Assembly: GCA_963977135.1 (NCBI GenBank)
Contig: CAXBNN010000009.1
Coordinates: 6,771-70,770 of the forward strand
From: an uncultured Flavobacteriales bacterium
Lineage (GTDB): Bacteria > Bacteroidota > Bacteroidia > Flavobacteriales_D > Crocinitomicaceae
DNA length: 64,000 bases
Direction of reading: 5' to 3'
Position 1 is the stretch's first letter. Each line of letters begins with the position of its first letter. Position numbers and translations under genes: made by a program. This document shows, piece by piece, positions 48,622 to 59,000 of this stretch. The notes under the pieces are model-generated. The model ran no database searches, was not told the origin of the DNA, and saw nothing but the letters and a program-made list of their open reading frames with translations.

Positions 48622-49372
48622 AATAGGCGACAAGATTTTTCAATCACGATTGTTTACGGGTACCGGTAAATTTAGTTCGAACAAAGAAATGGAAGCTGCA
48701 CTTTTGGCTTCTGAAAGTGAATTGATTACCGTTGCTTTGAAAAGAGTAGAAGCAACCAAAGAAGATAATTTATTGAAACATTTGAATCATCCACACATCA
48801 ATTTATTGCCAAATACTTCAGGTGTCAGGACGGCAAAAGAAGCAGTTTTCGCTGCTGAATTGGCTCGAGAAGCTTTTGAAACGAATTGGATAAAATTGGA
48901 GATTCATCCCGAACCAAAATATTTGATGCCTGATCCAATCGAAACGTTAAAAGCCACAGAGGAATTAGCGAAAAAAGGGTTTATTGTGTTGCCTTATATT
49001 CATGCAGATCCAGTTTTGTGCAAGCATTTAGAAGATGCAGGAACGGCCGCGGTTATGCCTCTTGGTGCGCCAATTGGTTCTAACAAAGGTTTGAAAACCA
49101 TGGATTTTCTCAAAATAATCATAGAACAAGCAAAAGTTCCGGTTATTGTGGATGCAGGTTTAGGTTCGCCTTCACATGCAGCTGAAGCTATGGAAATAGG
49201 AGCAAGCGCAGTTTTGGTAAATACTGCAATAGCCATAAATAGAAATCCAGTTCAAATGGCAATCGCTTTTAAAATGGCTGTGCAGGCAGGAAGAATGGCT
49301 TATTTAGCTGGAACGAATCAAATTTTAGAAAGAGCAGAGGCTTCATCGCCACTTACTGCTTTTTTAGATTAA
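48605..49372 (+). CDS. thiG: thiazole synthase
   Basis: 255 aa. [10 protein letters not shown]...VALKRV...LLPNTSG...[16 protein letters not shown]...[14 protein letters not shown]...[14 protein letters not shown]. Confidence 0.95.
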   Translation: MQDPFKIGDKIFQSRLFTGTGKFSSNKEMEAALLASESELITVALKRVEATKEDNLLKHLNHPHINLLPNTSGVRTAKEAVFAAELAREAFETNWIKLEIHPEPKYLMPDPIETLKATEELAKKGFIVLPYIHADPVLCKHLEDAGTAAVMPLGAPIGSNKGLKTMDFLKIIIEQAKVPVIVDAGLGSPSHAAEAMEIGASAVLVNTAIAINRNPVQMAIAFKMAVQAGRMAYLAGTNQILERAEASSPLTAFLD

Positions 49373-49379
49373 AAAATAT

Positions 49380-49477
49380 GCCTTCGACTCCGCTCAGTCA
49401 GCTTTTTCTCAATTGATTGAAGGGGAGTTTGAAAGTTTAAGAACAAATAACAAGGTGACTGAGCGGAGTCGAAGGCA
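49380..49477. repeat. 21-bp perfect inverted repeat (gccttcgactccgctcagtca / tgactgagcggagtcgaaggc) between thiG and thiH
   Basis: Arms at 49380-49400 and 49457-49477, 56-nt loop. The GC-rich arms contrast with the AT-rich surroundings. Confidence 0.85.
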
Positions 49478-49495
49478 CCGACAAAAAGAAATAAC

Positions 49496-50608
49496 ATGGA
49501 AACATTCAGCGAACATTTCGAAAAACTAAATTGGGACCAAATAAAGTCTGATATCTACTCCAAAACGGAAGCAGATGTTCGTCGTGCGTTAGATAAGCCC
49601 AAAATAAATCTCGAAGATTTCCAAGCATTGATTTCTCCAGCTGCAGCTCCATTTTTAGAAGAAATGGCGCAAAAAAGTAAAGCTCTGACTCAGAAGAGAT
49701 TTGGTAAAGCTTTGCGTATGTACATTCCTATGTACTTATCGAATGAATGTCAAAATATTTGCACGTATTGCGGATTTTCAATGGACAATAAAATCCCTCG
49801 AAAAACCCTTTCTGACGAAGAAATTATCAAAGAAGCTGAAATCGTTAAAGCGATGGGCTACGATCACATTCTTCTTGTCACAGGAGAAGCGAACAAAACG
49901 GTTGGAGTTGATTATTTCGTAAATGCTATTCGTTTGTTGAAGCCTTATTTTTCTCAGATATCTATCGAAGTTCAACCTATGGACCAAGATGAATATGAAA
50001 TCTTGAATAAAGAAGGTGTTTATGCCGTTTTGGTTTATCAGGAAACTTATAAAGAAGACGATTATAAATTGCATCACCCCAAAGGAAAGAAATCGAATTT
50101 CCAATACCGACTAAAAACCCCGGACAGGCTAGGGAAGGCGGGAATTCATAAAATAGGTTTAGGTGTGCTTTACGGTTTAGAAGATTGGCGGGTTGATACT
50201 TACATGTCTGCTGAACATCTCGATTATTTAGAAAAGACCTATTGGAAAACACATTATGCTATTTCTTTCCCAAGGTTAAGACCTTGTGCCGGGGGAATTG
50301 ATTTGAAATCTAACATGACGGACCGAGAATTGGTTCAATTGATTTGTGCGTATCGATTGTTGAATGAAGAATTGGAACTTTCCATGTCAACTCGTGAATC
50401 GGAAAATTTTAGAAACAATGTAATTCCACTAGGTATAACTTCAATTTCTGCCGATTCCAAAACAGATCCAGGAGGTTACGCAAATCCGCAAGTTAATTTG
50501 GAGCAATTCGAAATCGACGACAAAAGATCTACGGAATCGTTTATTGATGTAATCAAAAATCAAGGCTACGAGCCTGTTTTTAAAGATTGGGATAATTCTT
50601 TGATGTGA
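49496..50608 (+). CDS. thiH: 2-iminoacetate synthase (radical SAM)
   Basis: 370 aa. NECQNICTYCGF (CxxxCxxC). Position after thiG. Confidence 0.9.
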   Translation: METFSEHFEKLNWDQIKSDIYSKTEADVRRALDKPKINLEDFQALISPAAAPFLEEMAQKSKALTQKRFGKALRMYIPMYLSNECQNICTYCGFSMDNKIPRKTLSDEEIIKEAEIVKAMGYDHILLVTGEANKTVGVDYFVNAIRLLKPYFSQISIEVQPMDQDEYEILNKEGVYAVLVYQETYKEDDYKLHHPKGKKSNFQYRLKTPDRLGKAGIHKIGLGVLYGLEDWRVDTYMSAEHLDYLEKTYWKTHYAISFPRLRPCAGGIDLKSNMTDRELVQLICAYRLLNEELELSMSTRESENFRNNVIPLGITSISADSKTDPGGYANPQVNLEQFEIDDKRSTESFIDVIKNQGYEPVFKDWDNSLM

Positions 50609-50679
50609 AAAAAAGTGGAAAGTTTTAAAGTGGAAAGTAGAGAGTCTTTTTATGTTAAACTCACTCTATACTTTTTCAT

Positions 50680-51417
50680 TCATAACTTTACACTCTGCAT
50701 TGAAGCAATATCCAATAAAAAATCAACATTCTCTTCAATATGATTTCCAATTACGATAACGTTTGCTCCAGCATTTTTAGCTAGATTAATTTGTTCGATA
50801 GTTCTTATTCCACCACCAATAATTAGGGGAACATTTAGTTTGGAACATCTTTCAATAATTTCAGTTGAAATCGAATGTTCGGCTCCGCTGCCAGCATCTA
50901 GATAAATTAAACTCTTGCCTTGAAGAATTCCAGCAATTGCCGTATTCTCAATTAAATTAACCTGATTCTGAGGAATTGGGGATGTTTGGCTAACATATGC
51001 AACGGCAGAATGATTTCCGCCATCAATTAATAAGTATGCAGTGGGAATTATTTCCAAGTTAGATTCTGCAATTTTTTTCGCTGTGCGAACATGTTGACCA
51101 ATTAAATAATCAGGGTTCCGACCCGAAAGAAGACTTAAATATAAAATTGCATTGGCATTTTCGTCATATTGATATACATCTCCAGGGAATAATACAATTG
51201 GTAAATTAATTTCTTCTTTTAGAAAAGAGATTATTCTATTCAAATCATTTTTTTCGACTGTGCTTCCTCCGACAAAAATGAAATCAACTTTTGCGAATTG
51301 TAGTTTTTTAATAAAGTCTTCTTTTCTGGAGAAATCAAATTTGTCAGGATCAACCAATATGGCAATTTGCCCATTTTTAGACTTGAACTGATTATATATT
51401 TCTTGATTCAATTTCAA
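50680..51417 (-). CDS. geranylgeranylglyceryl-phosphate synthase family protein (PcrB/GGGPS, bacterial group II type)
   Basis: 245 aa. ILVDPDK...VDFIFVGGS...LPIVLFPG...IYLDAGSGA...PLIIGGGIRT...AGANVIVIGN matches the GGGPS TIM-barrel blocks. Confidence 0.75.
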   Translation of the reverse strand: MKLNQEIYNQFKSKNGQIAILVDPDKFDFSRKEDFIKKLQFAKVDFIFVGGSTVEKNDLNRIISFLKEEINLPIVLFPGDVYQYDENANAILYLSLLSGRNPDYLIGQHVRTAKKIAESNLEIIPTAYLLIDGGNHSAVAYVSQTSPIPQNQVNLIENTAIAGILQGKSLIYLDAGSGAEHSISTEIIERCSKLNVPLIIGGGIRTIEQINLAKNAGANVIVIGNHIEENVDFLLDIASMQSVKL

Positions 51418-52030
51418 TTGGATCAGAATTAATGGTTAATACATTATGCCCAGAATCAAAAACACGCAATGGGACATGAATTATGGCATCAGGATTGTGT
51501 ATAGTGCCAACCCAATTATCTCCTTCTTTATGCAATCTTAAATCATCTTTAAAAATAATTTCTTTTCGACCAGCAAGCTTATAAAGAGTTTCCTTTGCCG
51601 ACCATGCCATTGTCATTTCTAATTCACTTTTAGTGTCAAAAATGGCTAGCTCTTCCTCATGAAGAAATTTTGGAAAAAGCTTAATCGCCTTTGCGCGTAT
51701 AGGTTCTAGATCAAAACCTATTTTAAAATCTGAAATTGCAATACCAACTATATCTGTTGTGTGACTTATTGAAATATATTTTCTTGCTCCAATATGTGGG
51801 GCTCCAATAGAATCATAGGTAATTTCATCCTTTCCAAATATCGAATTCCTCAGCATTCGGGTTGCAACAAATTCCCTTTGTTTCACTTCATGCTGTATTG
51901 ATTTTAAACGATTGAATTCGATAGGTAACAAGTCTTTTTCAAAGTCGTAAGGGTCGAAATCATTGTAGGACAGCAAATTAATTGTCGTTTTTGAGTTGAT
52001 ATTTATTTTGTGAATGTTTGAAAAATCCAT
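51392..52030 (-). CDS. 4'-phosphopantetheinyl transferase (Sfp-type)
   Basis: ISISHTTDIVGIAIS...IGFDLEPIR...WSAKETLYKLAG. I prefer ATG at 52030 (MDFSNIH) over the TTG at 52051. The 3' end overlaps the GGGPS start by 26 bp. Confidence 0.7.
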   Translation of the reverse strand: MDFSNIHKININSKTTINLLSYNDFDPYDFEKDLLPIEFNRLKSIQHEVKQREFVATRMLRNSIFGKDEITYDSIGAPHIGARKYISISHTTDIVGIAISDFKIGFDLEPIRAKAIKLFPKFLHEEELAIFDTKSELEMTMAWSAKETLYKLAGRKEIIFKDDLRLHKEGDNWVGTIHNPDAIIHVPLRVFDSGHNVLTINSDPIEIESRNI

Positions 52031-52140
52031 TGTTAAAACCAAAGATAGCAAAATTCAGAAGTGACTTGATAATTATTTAGACATGTATAATGTTGTAAAA
52101 TTTCGTTAAGAAAGTGTTAACAAAACCGAAATAGGTTTCC

Positions 52141-52148
52141 TATCTTTG
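52141..52148 (+). promoter_or_regulatory. candidate -7 box TAtcTTTG upstream of the TBDR-like operon
   Basis: Motif match, 115 bp before ATG 52264. Confidence 0.3.
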
Positions 52149-52263
52149 TTAAGTTAAGTTAAAGAAAACTTAGAAAAATTTATTTCAGGCGATTTTGAAA
52201 AGAGGAAATTGTCTATATTTACGACTTCTTGCAAAAAAAATGTTAAAATAAAAATATAAGCAT

Positions 52264-55200
52264 ATGCTACGTAATTTTACTTTGTTGCTGTTAATCTTCT
52301 TATCCACAGCTACTTTTGGTTTCGGTCAGGTAGGTTTGGGTACCTTGAAGGGGTCAGTTATCGATGCCGACACGAAACAACCAATACCTTTCTGTAAGGT
52401 ATTAATCATGCAAAACGGAAGCGTTAAGGGTGGAGCGAATACAGATTTTGATGGAAAGTTTCAAATTAATTCCATCGGTGTTGGTTCTTATGATGTCGAA
52501 GTTAGAAATGAGACAGAAGGATATCAACCTACGGTTTTAACTGGGGTTATAGTTTCTTCTGATCAGATTACTTTCTTGGATAAAATGACAATCGCAAAAG
52601 CGAAAAGTGTCCAGGAAATTGAAGAGGTAAAAGTAGTTGCATATAGAGTTCCTCTTATTAATAAAGATGGTGGTTCTTCAGGTGCAACAGTTACTCGTGA
52701 GGATATTGCTCGATTACCAGTTCGTTCTGCTGCTGGAGTTGCATCAACAGTTGGTGGTGTAAATGCTCAAGAAGGAGGAGGAATTAGTGTAAGAGGTTCT
52801 CGTGAAGATGGAACATTCTACTATATAGATGGTATTAAAGTTCGTGGTTCTTCAAACTTACCGAAATCAGCGATTGAGGAAGTAACAGTAATTACTGGTG
52901 GTTTACCTGCAAATTATGGTGATGCAACTGGTGGTATTATCTCTGTTACAACTAGAGGCCCAAGTGCACAGTATTTCGGTAGTGCGGAAGTCGTATCATC
53001 GGGCTTTTATTTTAAAGGTAAAGATGAGAACGGTTACGACGGAAAAGTTTTTGGTTTAGATAAATATGCATACAACCTTATGGAAGGTATGTTCTCGGGA
53101 CCACTTTGGATGATTAAAGATTCTACAGGTGCAAAAGTAAAACCTCGTTTAGGATTTTTATTATCTGCTAACTACACACGTGAATTAGATCCGAGACCAC
53201 TTGCAAATGGTGGGCAATGGAGAGTTAAGAAAGAAGTTCGTGATTCTTTAATTGCAAATCCTTTACGTCCAAGTGGATTGGGTTCAGGCACATTTAGTAA
53301 TGCACTTTATTTACGTCAAAATGATTTTGAGCAAACGCCATGGAGAATGAATGCTCGACAAGGGGTTATTTCTGCGCAAGGTAAATTGGATGTAAACACA
53401 GGGCCAAGCATCAACCTTACATTTGGTGGGTCTATGAATATAAATAATCGAACTCTAGCTGATAGAGGAAATTCACTTCTGAATTTTACAAACTTCGGCG
53501 TTGCTAAATCTTTTGATTGGAGGGTCTTCGGTCGTTTAACGCAACGTTTTTCTAACGACAGAGAAGGTGGAGCATCTAAAATTGGAAGCGCATTTTATTC
53601 TTTAATGATAGATTATTCTAAGCAAAAAGGTGAATTTTACGATCGAAACCATCAATTTAATTTATTCAATTATGGGCACGTTGGAACATATACCACAACT
53701 AGAAGACCATCTTATGGGTATGACGATGTTGCAAAAGTATATCGTCACAATGGATTTAGAGATTTGTTAGTTGATTTTGTTCCTTCAGAAACGAATGCGA
53801 CTTTAGCTGCAATAACTACTCAATACTATTCTATATACGAAGGTCAAGCTGCAGGTAACTACGAAAACTTGTTCCAAATCCAACAAGGTAACGCATTAAG
53901 AAATGGAGATTTACCGCAAAGTGTTTATGACATTTGGTCAAATATCGGTGCACCTTATAACGCTTTTGGTAAAAATGAAAATGATCAGTTTAGAATAACT
54001 GGTTCAGGTTCTGCTAACATCGGTGATCACTCTTTATCTATTGGTTTTGAGTATGAGCAGAGATGGGATCGAGGCTGGGGAAGCGGAGATGTTGCAATCA
54101 CAAGTATTTGGACAAATGCTCGTCAATTAGCTAATTCACACATTCAAGAATTAGATTTATCTTCAGGTACCCAAAGTGATTCTGGTTCAATTAAGAAAAT
54201 CACCTATAACCGTTTGAATACTGGATATGCGTATAATTCTGGTACTGGAGATTATGGAGGACAAGGTGGTAAACAAGATATCAACGGAAATACTATTTTT
54301 GATGCACAATCGTTCTTCGATTATAATTTACGTCAAAAACTTGGTTACGATGTAGCAGGTACAGATTTCATTGATATTGATCAATACGATCCGAATACCT
54401 TTACGTTAGACATGTTTACTCCAGATGAGTTATTTAACTCAGGAAATTCATTTGTTAGCTATTATGGATATGACCATACTGGTAAAAAAGTAAGAGGTAA
54501 AACAGACGTGAACAGTTACTTCGAGAAATTTGACGAAAATGGAAATTATGAGCGATTCATTGGAGCTTTTCAACCAATATATGTTGCGGGTTATTTAATG
54601 GATAAATTCTCTTTTAATGACTTGGTATTCAATGTCGGTGTTCGTGTCGATGTATTTAACGCAAACCAACCTGTATTGAAAGATCCATATTTGTTGTACA
54701 ATTCTAGAACTGTTAAGGAAGCAAGAGAGTTGGCAAGTACAGACCCTAATACATATGACTGGGTTGTAATTCCAACTTCTATGGGAGATGATTATACAGT
54801 TTATGTAAATGATTTCAAAAACCCAACAGCTATAAATGGATTTAGAAAAGACGGTGTGTTTTATGATGCACAAGGAACGCAAGTTTCAGATCCTAAATTA
54901 ATTGACGGACCAACAGGAATTCAACCATGGCGTTTAGACCCATTCCAAAATGCACCGAATGCTAGTGCTTTTAAAGATTATAAGCCACAGATTAATGTGA
55001 TGCCACGTGTTGCGTTTTCTTTCCCAGTATCAGATGAAGCTTCTTTCTTTGCACACTATGATATCTTAACAAAACGTCCAACAAGTGCAGGAAGATTTGA
55101 TCCATATGAGTATCAGTTTTTAGCTACTAGAGGAAGAACAATCAATAATCCAAATTTGCAACCTGAAAAAACGATTGATTACGAAATTGGATTCCAACAA

Positions 55201-56052
55201 GTGTTGTCTAAAACTTCTTCTTTGAAAATTTCAGCATTCTACCGTGAACAGAGAAATAACGTACAATTGCAAAATGTTAGTGGGGCTTATCCTGTGACAT
55301 ATAATACATTTGGTAACCGTGACTTTGGTACGGTTAAGGGTTTGACAGTAGCTTATGATTTAAGAAGAACCGGAAACGTTAGAATAACTGCTAACTACAC
55401 ATTGCAATTTGCGGATGGTACTGGTTCTGATGTAACTTCATCAGCAGCCCTTATCCAAGCAGGATTACCTAATTTACGTGTTATTCAACCATACAACTTT
55501 GATCAGAGACATGCATTTGCTGTGACAATTGATTATAGATATGGTTCAGGAGCGAATTACAACGGGCCGGTAATTAAAGATTTCAATATTTTTGAAAATA
55601 CAGGTTTGAACATTTTCTCAAATATTTACTCAGGTTCGCCATATTCTGCTCAAAGTAATATTACAAATGTTGCTCAAGGAAATACGGTTACACCAAGTTT
55701 AACTGGAACTCAAAATGGTTCTAGATTACCTTGGTCTTACCGTTTAGATATGCAGTTAGATAGAACTTTTGATTTAGAAATTAAAAGAGGTGAAAATAAG
55801 AAGAAACCAGTTTTCTTGAATGTTTATGTTCGTGCAACGAATTTATTGAACCAATTCAATAGAATTAACGTTTATCGCGCTACAGGTAACTGGGATGATG
55901 ATGGATATCTTGCGGCAGCGTCAAGTCAGTCGTCAATTCAGAATCAGACAGATGAGCAATCGTTTAGAGATTATTATACGATGAGTGTTCAGAATGCATT
56001 TAACATATCTGTTCCAAGAACGATAAGATTAGGGGTGAAATTTGATTTTTAA
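52264..56052 (+). CDS. very large TonB-dependent-receptor-like outer-membrane protein (CarboxypepD_reg domain + plug + oversized barrel)
   Basis: 1262 aa. Signal peptide. GTLKGSVIDADTKQPIPFCKVLI...TDFDGKFQI (carboxypeptidase-regulatory-like). Plug ISVRGSREDGTFYYIDGIKVRG...TVITGGLPANYGDATGGIISVTTR. Ends ...RTIRLGVKFDF (terminal aromatic residue). Confidence 0.8.
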   Translation: MLRNFTLLLLIFLSTATFGFGQVGLGTLKGSVIDADTKQPIPFCKVLIMQNGSVKGGANTDFDGKFQINSIGVGSYDVEVRNETEGYQPTVLTGVIVSSDQITFLDKMTIAKAKSVQEIEEVKVVAYRVPLINKDGGSSGATVTREDIARLPVRSAAGVASTVGGVNAQEGGGISVRGSREDGTFYYIDGIKVRGSSNLPKSAIEEVTVITGGLPANYGDATGGIISVTTRGPSAQYFGSAEVVSSGFYFKGKDENGYDGKVFGLDKYAYNLMEGMFSGPLWMIKDSTGAKVKPRLGFLLSANYTRELDPRPLANGGQWRVKKEVRDSLIANPLRPSGLGSGTFSNALYLRQNDFEQTPWRMNARQGVISAQGKLDVNTGPSINLTFGGSMNINNRTLADRGNSLLNFTNFGVAKSFDWRVFGRLTQRFSNDREGGASKIGSAFYSLMIDYSKQKGEFYDRNHQFNLFNYGHVGTYTTTRRPSYGYDDVAKVYRHNGFRDLLVDFVPSETNATLAAITTQYYSIYEGQAAGNYENLFQIQQGNALRNGDLPQSVYDIWSNIGAPYNAFGKNENDQFRITGSGSANIGDHSLSIGFEYEQRWDRGWGSGDVAITSIWTNARQLANSHIQELDLSSGTQSDSGSIKKITYNRLNTGYAYNSGTGDYGGQGGKQDINGNTIFDAQSFFDYNLRQKLGYDVAGTDFIDIDQYDPNTFTLDMFTPDELFNSGNSFVSYYGYDHTGKKVRGKTDVNSYFEKFDENGNYERFIGAFQPIYVAGYLMDKFSFNDLVFNVGVRVDVFNANQPVLKDPYLLYNSRTVKEARELASTDPNTYDWVVIPTSMGDDYTVYVNDFKNPTAINGFRKDGVFYDAQGTQVSDPKLIDGPTGIQPWRLDPFQNAPNASAFKDYKPQINVMPRVAFSFPVSDEASFFAHYDILTKRPTSAGRFDPYEYQFLATRGRTINNPNLQPEKTIDYEIGFQQVLSKTSSLKISAFYREQRNNVQLQNVSGAYPVTYNTFGNRDFGTVKGLTVAYDLRRTGNVRITANYTLQFADGTGSDVTSSAALIQAGLPNLRVIQPYNFDQRHAFAVTIDYRYGSGANYNGPVIKDFNIFENTGLNIFSNIYSGSPYSAQSNITNVAQGNTVTPSLTGTQNGSRLPWSYRLDMQLDRTFDLEIKRGENKKKPVFLNVYVRATNLLNQFNRINVYRATGNWDDDGYLAAASSQSSIQNQTDEQSFRDYYTMSVQNAFNISVPRTIRLGVKFDF

Positions 56053-56072
56053 AAAATTAATATAATAGAGTT

Positions 56073-59000
56073 ATGAAAAAAGTATCAGTCCGTTTTTTAC
56101 TGGTCACAATCGCAATGTTTTCTGCGCAATTAGTTTTTGCGAAGGAAGATGTCGGAGGAAAATCACAAAATGGTTCTCCAAATAAGCCAGCTTTAATTAC
56201 GTCTAAGGCCGCAGGTTGTGATCCGTCCAATACGGTATTAACAATGGAATTCAACGATGTTCGAGCTTTGCTACAGCAAGGTGGGCGAATGTTTGAAAGA
56301 CCTGGCACGCAGGTTGCTGCTTATGAGGTTCCTAAAAATAGTGGTCTATATGCCATATTCGCTGGTTCTTTATGGATGGGTGGAGTTGATGCAAATGGTC
56401 AATTGAAATTAGCAGCAGTTCGTTTTAGATCTGTAGGTAATGACTTTTGGGCAGGACCGTTAACGGTTAATAGTAACAGTGGAAACTATGATCCGTCAGT
56501 TCCTGGAGCAGATGATGTTGTCAGAGATTTTGGTCCTGCTGATATCAACAACAGTGAATGTAAAGCTTATGATAAATTCTTCACCATAAGAAAAGGAGAG
56601 GTTATCAATTTTGTTACATGGTGGAATTATACAAATGGATTTTCAACAGTAGCTGTTGATGATATTAACGCAGAAGTCCTTAATAGAATTATAAATTGGC
56701 CAGCGCACGGTGATGTAGGTTTAGGACAAGATTATTTCTTGGCTCCTTTTTATGATAACACGATTAAGAATGGTGCTAATAACGCATACAATCCGATTGA
56801 GGATGGAGATTATCCTTGGTATGATGATATCTTGGGTAAAGATGACATAGAATGTGGAATTGATAGAAGAATTTCATTGTTCGGAGATGAAACACATTGG
56901 TGGGTCTTCAATGATAAAGGAAATATTCACACAGAAACAGGTGGTGATCCAATAGGAATGGAAATTCGTGCTCAGGCATTCGGTTTTGCGACTAATGACG
57001 AGGTAAATAGAATGACATTCTACAACTATGAATTGATAAATAGAGGTGTTCAAACATTGTTTACTACATATTTCTCTCAGTGGTTGGATCCAGATTTAGG
57101 AAATGCACAAGATGATTACGTTGGTTGTGATGTATCTAGAGGTCTTGGTTATTGCTACAATGGTGATAATAATGACCAAAGTGCAAGTTCTAATATTGGA
57201 TATGGTTTAAATCCACCAGCAATAGGTATTGACTTCTTTGAAGGACCATACTTGGATGCTGATGGTATTGATAATCCTGGGCCGATTTTTGACTCAATAA
57301 ACAATGTTTATATTCCGCCAGCAATCCAAAACGCACTTGACAGTAATGGTATTGTTTACCGTGGAATTGGAACAGGATATTCAGATGGTGTTATCGATAA
57401 CGAGCGATTTGGAATGAGACGATTCACCTATTTCACGAATGGTGCCTCGTTCCCATACTCTGACCCTTCATCTGCAGCACAATATTACAATTTCATGCAA
57501 GGTTCATGGGCTAATGGATCAGAGATGGTTTATGGTGGTACTGGTGCTATCGGAACGCCTGGAGCCACTAATATCCCTTCAGATTATATGTTCCCTGATG
57601 ACTCTGACCCACTAAATTGGGCTACAGCAGGTACAGATCCAGGATTTGATTGGAGTGAGGCTTCAACGGATGGAGCAGGTAACTCTACACAACCAGGCGA
57701 TAGACGTTTCGTTCAATCTGCTGGTCCGTTTACATTACGTCCCGGTGCTGTCAACAACATTACTGTTGGGATAGCTTACGGAAGAGGAAATGCTGGTGAT
57801 TTGTTTAGTTCAGTGAGAGCATTAAAACGTGCAGATACGAAAGCACAAGCTTTATTCGATGCTTGTTTCAAAATTTTAGATCCACCGAATGCGCCAAGAT
57901 TGATAATTCAAGAACTTGAAAATGAATTGATTTTAACATTGGATAATCCTGTTGGTTCAAATAATTACCGTGAGGAGTACGAAGAGATTGATGAGATTAA
58001 TATTGTTGATCCAGGTGTAGACAGATATTACCGTTTTGAAGGATATCAAATTTATCAGTTGGTAAGCGCTTCTGCTTCGATTGCTGATATCGCCGATCAA
58101 ACAAAAGCAAGAATTGTTGGACAATGTGACCTTAGAAACTTCGAAAAGAATTCTGCTGGAATAGATAACCCTGAAAAACCGATTAAAGATTTAATAAATT
58201 TCGAGTTTGACGAAGAGCTTGGATTTGATATTCCGACTTTAAAAGTGAGTGGTTCAAATACTGGAATTAAGCATTCATTTAAAATTACGGAAGATTTATT
58301 TGCTCAAGGAACTAGAACTTTGGTAAACCATAAAACATATTATTATGTGGCTGTTTCTTATGGTTTCAATAATTACTCAGATTACGATCCAAATGATGCA
58401 AGCAAAGTAAATGGTCAAAAGATCAAGTATATCGCTTCACGATTAGGTTATGATCAAACAGCAATTAAACCAGTTGAAGCAATACCACATAATCCTGCTC
58501 CAGAAGCGGGTGGTACATATCAGTTTGCTGAATATGGAATAACTCCGAAAATTACTCGTATTGATGGCCATGGAAATGGTGGAAGGGTATTGGAGCTGAC
58601 AGCAGAATCTGAAAAACAAATTCTTAGTAACGGTTTCATGGCGAAACCTGAGTACCAGAAAGGTAAAGGACCTATTAATATTAAAGTCGTAGATCCTTTG
58701 AATGTTGCTGACGGTTATTACGAATGTATATTTAGAGATTACAACACAAACGGTAGTTTACTTGGGAATGCAGCTGATACTGCTCGATGGACAATAAATC
58801 GCTATGTCGATGGAAATTTGGTAGAATCCGTTAAATCTGATACAATGATTTCAATTGATAATGAACAATTGATTCCTCAATGGGGAGTTTCTGTTCAAAT
58901 TTATCAGAACAAGCATTTTATTGAGGTAGGAAACGGAACGCTTACCCAAGAAACGACAGACATTTTAGAATCTACACTTGAGTTTACTGATAGTTCTAAA

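Noticed and set aside
50609-50679. Bidirectional terminator between thiH and the GGGPS gene (the repeat aaagtggaaagt x2 and tagagag/cactcta pairing).
   Set aside because: The stem is only 5-6 bp with a mismatch, which is too weak to call. The short direct repeat is noted, but it was not supported as a feature.
52264-56052. SusC/SusD-type polysaccharide utilisation locus.
   Set aside because: No SusD-like lipoprotein or glycoside hydrolases follow the receptor. The downstream genes are a T9SS cargo and a PorV-like barrel.
56057-56308. 83-aa minus-strand ORF at the TBDR/cargo junction.
   Set aside because: It is antisense to the signal-peptide region of the 1424-aa gene and has no supporting features.
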